From positions 930,001 through 994,000 of the forward strand of contig OZ176050.1 of assembly GCA_964247055.1 (NCBI GenBank): 64,000 nt of DNA. The letters run 5' to 3'. The stretch is from Paragordius varius (taxonomy: Eukaryota > Animalia > Nematomorpha). Position 1 is the first letter of the stretch. Every line of letters starts with the position of its first letter. The translations under genes were made by a program, and so were the position numbers. Below, piece by piece: positions 26,164-40,000 of this stretch. The notes under the pieces were generated by a model. That model searched no databases. It saw nothing but the letters and a program-made list of their open reading frames with translations, and had not been told where the DNA came from.

Positions 26164-28743
26164 TAATTTATTTTGCGTAGCCCTATGGTAGTTTCATCAT
26201 CACCCCAAATATTTTGGGGATCGGACTATAAATGTAATTTTTATGAATTTTTTAAATATTTAAAAAATTTATTTTATACGATTTTAAAAATAAAAATGGC
26301 TACCTAAAATCCAAATTTGATCAGGTGATATCACCATAATTTTTTTGGGGTAGCCCTATGGTAGTTCCATCATCACCCCAAATATTTTGGGGATCGGACT
26401 ATAAATGTAATTTTTATGAATTTTTTAAATATTTAAAAAATTTATTTTATACGATTTTAAAAATAAAAATGGCTACCTAAAATCCAAATTTGATCAGGTG
26501 ATGTCACCATAATTTTTTTTGGGTAGCCCTATGGTAGTTCCATCATCACCCCAAATATTTTCGAGATCGGAGTATAAATGTAATTTTTATGAATTTTTTA
26601 AATATTTAAAAAATTTATTTTATTTAAAAATAAAAATGGCTACCTAAAATCCAAATTTGATCAGGTGATGTCGCCATAATTTATTTTGCGTAGCCCTATG
26701 GTAGTTTCATCATCACCCCAAATATTTTGGGGATCGGACTATAAATGTAATTTTTATGAATTTTTTAAATATTTAAAAAATTTATTTTATACGATTTTAA
26801 AAATAAAAATGGCTACCTAAAATCCAAATTTGATCAGGTGATATCACCATAATTTTTTTGGGGTAGCCCTATGGTAGTTCCATCATCACCCCAAATATTT
26901 TGGGGATCGGACTATAAATGTAATTTTTATGAATTTTTTAAATATTTAAAAAATTTATTTTATACGATTTTAAAAATAAAAATGGCTACCTAAAATCCAA
27001 ATTTGATCAGGTGATGTCGCCATAATTTTTTTTGGGTAGCCCTATGGTAGTTCCATCATAACCCCAAATATTTTTAAGATCGGACTTTAAATGTAATTTT
27101 TTTGAATTTTTTAAATATTTAAAAAATTTATTTTATACGATTTTAAAAATAAAAATGGCTACCTAAAATCCAAATTTGATCAGGTGATGTCACCATAATT
27201 TTTTTTGGGTAGCCCTATGGTAGTTCCATAATCACCCCAAATATTTTCGAGATCGGAGTATAAATGTAATTTTTATGAATTTTTTAAATATTTAAAAAAT
27301 TTATTTTATACGATTTTAAAAATAAAAATGGCTACCTAAAATCCAAATTTGATCAGGTGATGTCACCATAATTTTTTTTGGGTAGCCCTATGGTAGTTCC
27401 ATAATCACCCCAAATATTTTCGAGATCGGAGTATAAATGTAATTTTTATGAATTTTTTAAATATTTAAAAAATTTATTTTATACGATTTTAAAAATAAAA
27501 ATGGCTACCTAAAATCCAAATTTGATCAGGTGATGTCGCCATAATTTTTTTTGGGTAGCCCTATGGTAGTTCCATCATCACCCCAAATATTTTGGGGATC
27601 CACTATAAATGTAATTTTTATGAATTTTATAAATATTTAAAAAATTTATTTTATACGATTTTAAAAATAAAAATGGCTACCTAAAATCCAAATTTGATCA
27701 GGTGATGTCGCCATAATTTATTTTGCGTAGCCCTATGGTAGTTTCATCATCACCCCAAATATTTTGGGGATCGGACTATAAATGTAATTTTTATGAATTT
27801 TTTAAATATTTAAAAAATTTATTTTATACGATTTTAAAAATAAAAATGGCTACCTAAAATCCAAATTTGATCAGGTGATATCACCATAATTTTTTTGGGG
27901 TAGCCCTATGGTAGTTCCATCATCACCCCAAATATTTTGGGGATCGGACTATAAATGTAATTTTTATGAATTTTTTAAATATTTAAAAAATTTATTTTAT
28001 ACGATTTTAAAAATAAAAATGGCTACCTAAAATCCAAATTTGATCAGGTGATGTCACCATAATTTTTTTTGGGTAGCCCTATGGTAGTTCCATCATCACC
28101 CCAAATATTTTCGAGATCGGAGTATAAATGTAATTTTTATGAATTTTTTAAATATTTAAAAAATTTATTTTATTTAAAAATAAAAATGGCTACCTAAAAT
28201 CCAAATTTGATCAGGTGATGTCGCCATAATTTATTTTGCGTAGCCCTATGGTAGTTTCATCATCACCCCAAATATTTTGGGGATCGGACTATAAATGTAA
28301 TTTTTATGAATTTTTTAAATATTTAAAAAATTTATTTTATACGATTTTAAAAATAAAAATGGCTACCTAAAATCCAAATTTGATCAGGTGATATCACCAT
28401 AATTTTTTTGGGGTAGCCCTATGGTAGTTCCATCATCACCCCAAATATTTTGGGGATCGGACTATAAATGTAATTTTTATGAATTTTTTAAATATTTAAA
28501 AAATTTATTTTATACGATTTTAAAAATAAAAATGGCTACCTAAAATCCAAATTTGATCAGGTGATGTCACCATAATTTTTTTTGGGTAGCCCTATGGTAG
28601 TTCCATCATCACCCCAAATATTTTCGAGATCGGAGTATAAATGTAATTTTTATGAATTTTTTAAATATTTAAAAAATTTATTTTATTTAAAAATAAAAAT
28701 GGCTACCTAAAATCCAAATTTGATCAGGTGATGTCGCCATAAT
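24700..28743 (+). repeat. Tandem 12-monomer duplication (offset 2,063 bp) containing an internal 3-mer (513 bp)
   Basis: ttaag 25,011/27,074; ttttataaat 25,566/27,629. The tgcgtag marker lies at 25,661, 26,174, 26,687 and at 27,724, 28,237 (513-bp steps). Confidence 0.88.
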
Positions 28744-31700
28744 TTTTTTTGGGTAGCCCTATGGTAGTTCCATCATCACCCCAAATATTTTCGAGATCGG
28801 AGTATAAATGTAATTTTTATGAATTTTTTAAATATTTAAAAAATTTATTTTATACGATTTTAAAAATAAAAATGGCTACCTAAAATCCAAATTTGATCAG
28901 GTGATGTCACTATAATTTTTTTGGGTAGCCCTATGGTAGTTCCATCATCACCCCAAATATTTTGGGGATCGGACTATTGTAATTTTTATGAATTTTTTAA
29001 ATATTTAAAAAATTTATTTTATACGATTTTAAAAATAAAAATGGCTACCTAAAATCCAAATTTGATCAGGTGATGTCACTATAATTTTTTTGGGTAGCCC
29101 TATGGTAGTTCCATCATCACCCCAAATATTTTGGGGATCGGACTATAAATGTAATTTTTATGAAAATTTTAAATATTTAAAAAATTTATTTTATACGATT
29201 TTAAAAATAAAAATGGCGACCTAAAATCCAAATTTGATCAGGTGATGTCACCATAATTTTTTTTGGGTAGCCCTATGGTAGTTCCATCATCACCCCAAAT
29301 ATTTTGGGGATCGGACTATAAATGTAATTTTTATGAATTTTTTAAATATTTAAAAAATTTATTTTATACGATTTTAAAAATAAAAATGGCTACCTAAAAT
29401 CCAAATTTGATCAGGTGATGTCGCCATAATTTTTTTTGGGTAGCCCTATGGTAGTTCCATCATCACCCCAAATATTTTGGGGATCCACTATAAATGTAAT
29501 TTTTATGAATTTTTTAAATATTTAAAAAATTTATTTTATACGATTTTAAAAATAAAAATGGCTACCTAAAATCCAAATTTGATCAGGTGATGTCGCCATA
29601 ATTTATTTTGCGTAGCTCTATGGTAGTTTCATCATCACCCCAAATATTTTGGGGATCGGACTATAAATGTAATTTTTATGAATTTTTTAAATATTTAAAA
29701 AATTTATTTTATACGATTTTAAAAATAAAAATGGCTACCTAAAATCCAAATTTGATCAGGTGATATCACCATAATTTTTTTGGGGTAGCCCTATGGTAGT
29801 TCCATCATCACCCCAAATATTTTGGGGATCGGACTATAAATGTAATTTTTATGAATTTTTTAAATATTTAAAAAATTTATTTTATACGATTTTAAAAATA
29901 AAAATGGCTACCTAAAATCCAAATTTGATCAGGTGATGTCACCATAATTTTTTTTGGGTAGCCCTATGGTAGTTCCATCATCACCCCAAATATTTTCGAG
30001 ATCGGAGTTTAAATGTAATTTTTATGAATTTTTTAAATATTTAAAAAATTTATTTTATTTAAAAATAAAAATGGCTACCTAAAATCCAAATTTGATCAGG
30101 TGATGTCGCCATGATTTTTTTTGGGTAGCCCTATGGTAGTTCCATCATAACCCCAAATACTTTTGAGATCGGACTATAAATGTAATTTTTATGAATTTTT
30201 TAAATATTTAAAAAATTTATTTTATACGATTTTAAAAATAAAAATGGCTACCTAAAATCCAAATTTGATCAGGTGATGTCGCCATAATTTTTTTTGGGTA
30301 GCCCTATGGTAGTTCCATCATCACCCCAAATACTTTGGGGATCGGACTATAAATGTAATTTTAATGAATTTTTTAAATATTTAACAAATTTATTTTATAC
30401 GATTTTAAAAATAAAAATGGCTACCTAAAATCCAAATTTGATCAGGTGATGTCACCATAATTTTTTTTGGGTAGCCCTATGGTAGTTCCATCATCACCCC
30501 AAATACTTTGGGGATCGGACTATAAATGTAATTTTAATGAATTTTTTAAATATTTAAAAAATTTATTTTATACGATTTTAAAAATAAAAATGGCTACCTA
30601 AAATCCAAATTTGATCAGGTGATGTCACCATAATTTTTTTTGGGTAGCCCTATGGTAGTTCCATCATAACCCCAAATATTTTTGAGATCGGACTTTAAAT
30701 GTAATTTTTATGAATTTTTTAAATCTTTAAAAAATTTATTTTATACGATTTTAAAAATAAAAATGGCTACCTAAAATCCAAATTTGATCAGGTGATGTCG
30801 CCATAATTTTTTTTGGGTAGCCCTATAGTAGTTCCATCATCACCCCAAATATTTTTGAGATCGGAGTATAAATGTAATTTTTATGAATTTTTTAAATATT
30901 TAAAAAATTTATTTTATACGATTTTAAAAATAAAAATGGCTACCTAAAATCCAAATTTGATCAGGTGATGTCACCATAATTTATTTGGGTAGCCCTATAG
31001 TAGTTCCATCATCACCCCAAATATTTTTGAGATCGGAGTATAAATGTAATTTTTATGAATTTTTTAAATATTTAAAAAAATTTTATACGATTTTAAAAAT
31101 AAAAATGGCTACCTAAAATCCAAATTTGATCAGGTGATGTCGCCCTAATTTTTTTTGGGTAGACCTATAGTAGTTCCATCATCACCCCAAATATTTTTGA
31201 GATCGGAGTATAAATGTAATTTTTATGAATTTTTTAAATATTTAAAAAATTTATTTTATACGATTTTAAAAATAAAAATGGCTACCTAAAATCCAAATTT
31301 GATCAGGTGATGTCGCCATAATTTTTTTTGGGTAGCCCTATAGTAGTTCCATCATCACCCCAAATATTTTTGAGATCGGAGTATAAATGTAATTTTTATG
31401 AATTTTTTAAATATTTAAAAAATTTATTTTATACGATTTTAAAAATAAAAATGGCTACCTAAAATCCAAATTTGATCAGGTGATGTCACCATAATTTATT
31501 TGGGTAGCCCTATAATAGTTCCATCATCACCCCAAATATTTTTGAGATCGGAGTATAAATGTAATTTTTATGAATTTTTTAAATATTTAAAAAATTTATT
31601 TTATACGATTTTAAAAATAAAAATGGCTACCTAAAATCCAAATTTGATTAGGTGATGTCACCATAATTTATTTGGGTAGCCCTATAGTAGTACCATCATC

Positions 31701-34700
31701 ACCCCAAATATTTTTGAGATCGGACTTTAAATGTAATTTATATGAATTTTTTAAATATTTAAAAAATTTATTTTATACGATTTTAAAAATAAAAATGGCT
31801 ACCTAAAATCCAAATTTGATCAGGTGATGTCGCCCTAATTTTTTTTGGGTAGACCTATAGTAGTTCCATCATCACCCCAAATATTTTTGAGATCGGAGTA
31901 TAAATGTAATTTTTATGAATTTTTTAAATATTTAAAAAATTTATTTTATACGATTTTAAAAATAAAAATGGCTACCTAAAATCCAAATTTGATCAGGTGA
32001 TGTCACCATAATTTATTTGGGTAGCCCTATGGTAGTTCCATCATAACCCCAAATATTTTTGAGATCGGACTATAAATGTAATTTTTATGAATTTTTTAAA
32101 TATTTAAAAAATTTATTTTATACGATTTTAAAAATAAAAATGGCTACCTAAAATCCAAATTTGATCAGGTGATGTCGCCATAATTTTTTTTGGGTAGCCC
32201 TATGGTAGTTCCATCATAACCCCAAATATTTTTGAGATCGGACTTTAAATGTAATTTTTATGAATTTTTTAAATATTTAAAAAATTTATTTTATACGATT
32301 TTTAAAATAAAAATGGCTACCTGAAATCCAAATTTGATCAGGTGATGTCGCCATAATTTTTTTTGGGTAGCTCTATAGTAGTTCCATCATCACCCCAAAT
32401 ATTTTTGAGATCGGAGTATAAATGTAATTTTTATGAATTTTTTAAATATTTAAAAAATTTATTTTATACGATTTTAAAAATAAAAATGGCTACCTAAAAT
32501 CCAAATTTGATCAGGTGATGTCACTATAATTTTTTTGGGTAGCCCTATGGTAGTTCCATCATCACCCCAAATATTGTCGAGATCGGAGTATAAATGTAAT
32601 CTTTATGAATTTTTTAAATATTTAAAAAATTTATTTTATACGATTTTAAAAATAAAAATGGTTACCTAAAATCCAAATTTGATCAGGTGATGTAACCATA
32701 ATTTTTTTTGGTAGCCCTATGGTAGTTCCATCATCACCCCAAATATTGTCGAGATCGGAGTATAAATGTAATTTTTATGAATTTTTTAAATATTTAAAAA
32801 ATTTATTTTATACGATTTTAAAAATAAAAATGGCTACCTAAAATCCAAATTTGATCAGGTGATGTCACCATAATTTATTTGGGTAGCCCTATAGTAGTTC
32901 CATCATCACCCCAAATATTTTTGAGATCGGAGTATAAATGTAATTTTTATGAATTTTTTAAATATTTAAAAAATTTATTTTATACGATTTTAAAAATAAA
33001 AATGGCTACCTAAAATCCAAATTTGATCAGGTGATGTCACCATAATTTATTTGGGTAGCCCTATAGTAGTTCCATCATCACCCCAAATATTTTTGAGATC
33101 GGACTTTAAATGTAATTTTTATGAATTTTTTAAATATTTAAAAAATTTATTTTATACGATTTTAAAAATAAAAATGGCTACCTAAAATCCAAATTTGATT
33201 AGGTGATGTCGCCCTATTTTTTTTTGGGTAGACCTATAGTAGTTCCATCATCACCCCAAATATTTTTGAGATCGGAGTATAAATGTAATTTTTATGAATT
33301 TTTTAAATATTTAAAAAATTTATTTTATACGATTTTAAAAATAAAAATGACTACCTAAAATCCAAATTTGATCATGTGATGTCGCCATAATTTTTTTTGG
33401 GTAGCCCTATGGTAGTTCCATCATCACCCCAAATACTTTGGGGATCGGACTATAAATGTAATTTTTATGAATTTTTTAAATATTTAAAAAATTTATTTTA
33501 TACGATTTTAAAAATAAAAATGGCTACCTAAAATCCAAATTTGATCAGGTGATGTCGCCATAATTTTTTTGGGTAGCCCTATGGTAGTTCCATCATAACC
33601 CCAAATATTTTTGAGATCGGACTTTAAATGTAATTTTTATGAATTTTTTAGAGTATAAATGTAATTTTTATGAATTTTTTAAATATTTAAAAAATTTATT
33701 TTATACGATTTTAAAAATAAAAATGGCTACCTAAAATCCAAATTTGATCAGGTGATGTCGCCATAATTTTTTTGGGTAGCCCTATGGTAGTTCCATCATA
33801 ACCCCAAATATTTTTGAGATCGGACTATAAATGTAATTTTTATGAATTTTTTAAATATTTAAAAAATTTATTTTATACGATTTTAAAAATAAAAATGGCT
33901 ACCTAAAATCCAAATTTGATCAGGTGATGTCGCCATAATTTTTTTGGGTAGCCCTATGGTAGATCCATCATAACCCCAAATATTTTTGAGATCGGACTTT
34001 AAATGTAATTTTTATGAATTTTTTAAATATTTAAAAAATTTATTTTATACGATTTTAAAAATAAAAATGGCTACCTAAAATCCAAATTTGATCAGGTGAT
34101 GTCGCCATAATTTTTTTTGGGTAGCCCTATAGTAGTTCCATCATCACCCCAAATATTTTTGAGATCGGAGTATAAATGTAATTTTTATGAATTTTTTAAA
34201 TATTTAAAAAATTTATTTTATACGATTTTAAAAATAAAAATGGCTACCTAAAATCCAAATTTGATCAGGTGATGTCACCATAATTTTTTTTGGGTAGCCC
34301 TATGGTAGTTCCATCATCACCCCAAATATTGTCGAGATCGGAGTATAAATGTAATTTTTATGAATTTTTTAAATATTTAAAAAATTTATTTTATACGATT
34401 TTAAAAATAAAAATGGCTACCTAAAATCCAAATTTGATCAGGTGATGTCACCATAATTTATTTGGGTAGCCCTATAGTAGTTCCATCATCACCCCAAATA
34501 TTTTTGAGATCGGAGTATAAATGTAATTTTTATGAATTTTTTAAATATTTAAAAAATTTATTTTATACGATTTTAAAAATAAAAATGGCTACCTAAAATC
34601 CAAATTTGATCAGGTGATGTCACCATAATTTATTTGGGTAGCCCTATAGTAGTTCCATCATCACCCCAAATATTTTTGAGATCGGACTTTAAATGTAATT

Positions 34701-37009
34701 TTTATGAATTTTTTAAATATTTAAAAAATTTATTTTATACGATTTTAAAAACAAAAATGGCTACCTAAAATCCAAATTTGATCAGGTGATGTCGCCCTAA
34801 TTTTTTTTGGGTAGACCTATAGTAGTTCCATCATCACCCCAAATATTTTTGAGATCGGAGTATAAATGTAATTTTTATGAATTTTTTAAATGTTTAAAAA
34901 ATTTATTTTATACGATTTTAAAAATAAAAATGGCTCTAAAATCCAAATTTGATCAGGTGATGTCGCCATAATTTTTTTTGGGTAGCCCTATAGTAGTTCC
35001 ATCATCACCCCAAATATTTTTGAGATCGGAGTATAAATGTAATTTTTATGAATTTTTTAAATATTTAAAAAATTTATTTTATACGATTTTAAAAATAAAA
35101 ATGGCTACCTAAAATCCAAATTTGATCAGGTGATGTCACTATAATTTTTTTGGGTAGCCCTATGGTAGTTCCATCATCACCCCAAATATTGTCGAGATCG
35201 GAGTATAAATGTAATTTTTATGAATTTTTTAAATATTTCAAAAATTTATTTTATACGATTTTAAGAATAAAAATGGCTACCTAAAATCCAAATTTGATCA
35301 GGTGATGTCACCAAAATTTTTTTTGGGTAGCCCTATGGTAGTTCCATCATCACCCCAAATATTGTCGAGATCGGAGTATAAATGTAATTTTTATGAATTT
35401 TTTAAATATTTAAAAAATTTATTTTATACGATTTTAAAAATAAAATGGCTACCTAAAATCCAAATTTGATGTGATGTCGCCATAATTTTTTTTGGGTAGC
35501 CCTAGTAGTTCCATCATCACCCCAAATATTTTCGAGATCGGAGTATAAATGTAATTTTTTTGAATTTTTTAAATATTTAAAAAATTTATTTTATACGATT
35601 TTAAAAATAAAAATGGCTACCTAAAATCCAAATTTGATCAGGTGATGTCACCATAATTTATTTGGGTAGCCCTATAGTAGTTCCATCATCACCCCAAATA
35701 TTGTCGAGATCGGAGTATAAATGTAATTTTTATAAATTTTTTAAATATTTAAAAAATTTATTTTATACGATTTTAAAAATAAAAATGGCTACCTAAAATC
35801 CAAATTTGATCAGGTGATGTCGCCATAATTTTTTTTTGGGTAACCCTATGGTGGTTCCATCATCACCCCAAATATTTTTGAGATCGGACTTGAAATGTAA
35901 TTTTTATGAATTTTTTAAATATTTAAAAAATTTATTTTATACGATTTTAAAAATAAAAATGGCTACCTAAAATCCAAATTTGATCAGGTGATGTCGCCAT
36001 AATTTTTTTTGGGTAGCCCTATGGTAGTTCCATCATAACCCCAAATATTTTTGAGATCGGACTATAAATGTAATTTTTATGAATTTTTTAAATATTTAAA
36101 AAATTTATTTTATACGATTTTAAAAATAAAAATGGCTACCTAAAATCCAAATTTGATCAGGTGATGTCACTATAATTTTTTTGGGTAGCCCTATGGTAGT
36201 TCCATCATCACCCCAAATATTGTCGAGATCGGAGTATAAATGTAATTTTTATGAATTTTTTAAATATTTCAAAAATTTATTTTATACGATTTTAAGAATA
36301 AAAATGGCTACCTAAAATCCAAATTTGATCAGGTGATGTCACTATAATTTTTTTGGGTAGCCCTATGGTAGTTCCATCATCACCCCAAATATTGTCGAGA
36401 TCGGAGTATAAATGTAATTTTTATGAATTTTTTAAATATTTAAAAAATTTATTTTATACGATTTTAAAAATAAAAATGGCTACCTAAAATCCAAATTTGA
36501 TCAGGTGATGTCGCCATAATTTATTTTGGGTAGCCCTAGTAGTTCCATCATCACCCCAAATATTTTCGAGATCGGAGTATAAATGTAATTTTTTTGAATT
36601 TTTTAAATATTTAAAAAATTTATTTTATACGATTTTAAAAATAAAAATGGCTACCTAAAATCCAAATTTGATCAGGTGATGTCACCATAATTTATTTGGG
36701 TAGCCCTATAGTAGTTCCATCATCACCCCAAATATTGTCGAGATCGGAGTATAAATGTAATTTTTATGAATTTTTTAAATATTTAAAAAATTTATTTTAT
36801 ACGATTTTAAAAATAAAAATGGCTCTAAAATCCAAATTTGATCAGGTGATGTCGCCATAATTTTTTTTGGGTAGCCCTATAGTAGTTCCATCATCACCCC
36901 AAATATTGTCGAGATCGGAGTATAAATGTAATTTTTATGAATTTTTTAAATATTTAAAAAATTTATTTTATACGATTTTAAAAATAAAAATGGCTACCTA
37001 AAATCCAAA

Positions 37010-40000
37010 TTTGATCAGGTGATGTCACCATAATTTTTTTTGGGTAGTCCTATGGTAGTTCCATTATCACCCCAAATATTGTCGAGATCGGAGTATAAAT
37101 GTAATTTTTATGAATTTTTTAAATATTTAAAAAATTTATTTTAAACGATTTTAAAAATAAAAATGGCTACCTAAAATCCAAATTTGATCAGGTGATGTCA
37201 CCATAATTTATTTGGGTAGCCCTATAGTAGTTCCATCATCACCCCAAATATTGTCGAGATCGGAGTATAAATGTAATTTTTATAAATTTTTTTAATATTT
37301 AAAAAATTTATTTTATACGATTTTAAAAATAAAAATGGCTACCTAAAATCCAAATTTGATCAGGTGATGTCGCCATAATTTTTTTTTGGGTTACCCTATG
37401 GTGGTTCCATCATCACCCCAAATATTTTTGAGATCGGACTTGAAATGTAATTTTTATGAATTTTTTAAATATTTAAAAAATTTATTTTATACGATTTTAA
37501 AAATAAAAATGGCTACCTAAAATCCAAATTTGATCAGGTGATGTCGCCATAATTTTTTTTGGGTAGCCCTATGGTAGTTCCATCATAACCCCAAATATTT
37601 TTGAGATCGGACTATAAATGTAATTTTTATGAATTTTTTAAATATTTAAAAAATTTATTTTATACGATTTTAAAAATAAAAATGGCTACCTAAAATCCAA
37701 ATTTGATCAGGTGATGTCGCCATAATTTTTTTTGGGTAGCCCTATGGTAGTTCCATCATAACCCCAAATATTTTTGAGATCGGACTTTAAATGTAATTTT
37801 TATGAATTTTTTAAATATTTAAAAAATTTATTTTATACGATTTTAAAAATAAAAATGGCTACCCAAAATCCAAATTTGATCAGGTGATGTCGCCATAATT
37901 TTTTTTGGGTAGCCCTATAGTAGTTCCATCATCACCCCAAATATTTTTGAGATCGGAGTATAAATGTAATTTTTATGAATTTTTTAAATATTTCAAAAAT
38001 TTATTTTATACGATTTAAAAAATAAAAATGGCTACCTAAAATCGAAATTTGATCAGGTGATGTCACTATAATTTTTTTGGGTAGCCCTATGGTAGTTCCA
38101 TCATCACCCCAAATATTGTCGAGATCGGAGTATAAATGTAATTTTTATGAATTTTTTAAATATTTAAAAAATTTATTTTATACGATTTTAAAAATAAAAA
38201 TGGCTACCCGAAATCCAAATTTGATCAGGTGATGTCACCATAATTTTTTTTGGGTAGCCCTATGGTAGTTCCATCATCACCCCAAATATTGTCTAGATCG
38301 GAGTATAAATGTAATTTTTATGAATTTTTTATATATTTAAAAAATTTATTTTATACGATTTTAAAAATAAAAATGGCTACCTAAAATCCAAATTTGATCA
38401 GGTGATGTCACCATAATTTATTTGGGTAGCCCTATAGTAGTTCCATCATCACCCCAAATATTGTCGAGATCGGAGTATAAATGTAATTTTTATGAATTTT
38501 TTAAATATTTAAAAAATTTATTTTATACGATTTTAAAAATAAAAATGGCTACCTAAAATCCAAATTTGATCAGGTGATGTCGCCATAATTTTTTTTTGGG
38601 TAACCCTATGGTGGTTCCATCATCACCCCAAATATTTTTGAGATCGGACTTGAAATGTAATTTTTATGAATTTCTTAAATATTTAAAAAATTTATTTTAT
38701 ACGATTTTAAAAATAAAAATGGCTACCTAAAATCCAAATTTGATCAGGTGATGTCACTATAATTTTTTTGGGTAGCCCTATGGTAGTTCCATCATCACCC
38801 CAAATATTTTGGGGATCGGACTATAAATGTAATTTTTATGAATTTTTTAAATATTTAAAAAATTTATTTTATACGATTTTAAAAATAAAAATGGCTACCT
38901 AAAATCCAAATTTGATCAGGTGATGTCACCATAATTTATTTGGGTAACCCTATGGTGGTTCCATCATCACCCCAAATATTTTTGAGATCGGACTTGAAAT
39001 GTAATTTTTATGAATTTCTTAAATATTTAAAAAATTTATTTTATACGATTTTAAAAATAAAAATGGCTACCTAAAATCCAAATTTGATCAGGTGATGTCA
39101 CTATAATTTTTTTGGGTAGCCCTATGGTAGTTCCATCATCACCCCAAATATTTTGGGGATCGGACTATAAATGTAATTTTTATGAATTTTTTAAATATTT
39201 AAAAAATTTATTTTATACGATTTTAAAAATAAAAATGGCTACCTAAAATCCAAATTTGATCAGGTGATGTCACCATAATTTATTTGGGTAGCCCTATAGT
39301 AGTTCCATCATCACCCCAAATATTTTTGAGATCGGAGTATAAATGTAATTTTTATGAATTTTTTAAATATTTAAAAAATTTATTTTATACGATTTTAAAA
39401 ATAAAAATGGCTACCTAAAATCCAAATTTGATCAGGTGATGTCACTATAATTTTTTTGGGTAGCCCTATGGTAGTTCCATCATCACCCCAAATATTTTGG
39501 GGATCGGACTATAAATGTAATTTTTATGAATTTTTTAAATATTTAAAAAATTTATTTTATACGATTTTAAAAATAAAAATGGCTACCTAAAATCCAAATT
39601 TGATCAGGTGATGTCGCCATAATTTTTTTTGGGTAGCCCTATGGTAGTTCCATCATAACCCCAAATATTTTTGAGATCGGACTTTAAATGTAATTTTTAT
39701 GAATTTTTTAAATATTTAAAAAATTTATTTTATACGATTTTAAAAATAAAAATGGCTACCCAAAATCCAAATTTGATCAGGTGATGTCGCCATAATTTTT
39801 TTTGGGTAGCCCTATAGTAGTTCCATCATCACCCCAAATATTTTTGAGATCGGAGTATAAATGTAATTTTTATGAATTTTTTAAATATTTCAAAAATTTA
39901 TTTTATACGATTTAAAAAATAAAAATGGCTACCTAAAATCGAAATTTGATCAGGTGATGTCACTATAATTTTTTGGGGTAGCCCTATGGTAGTTCCATCA

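Larger units (their letters stand above)
4300..30060 (+). repeat. Satellite layer B: homogeneous domain dominated by the tattttggggatcggact haplotype
   Basis: Markers essentially confined here (ggcgacc also once at ~1821): ggcgacc, gaaaatttt, 6-bp acgatt deletion (9 copies, 6965-30058), ggatccact (12.6-29.5 kb), ttattttgcg (14.3-29.6 kb), ggactattgta. Confidence 0.85.
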
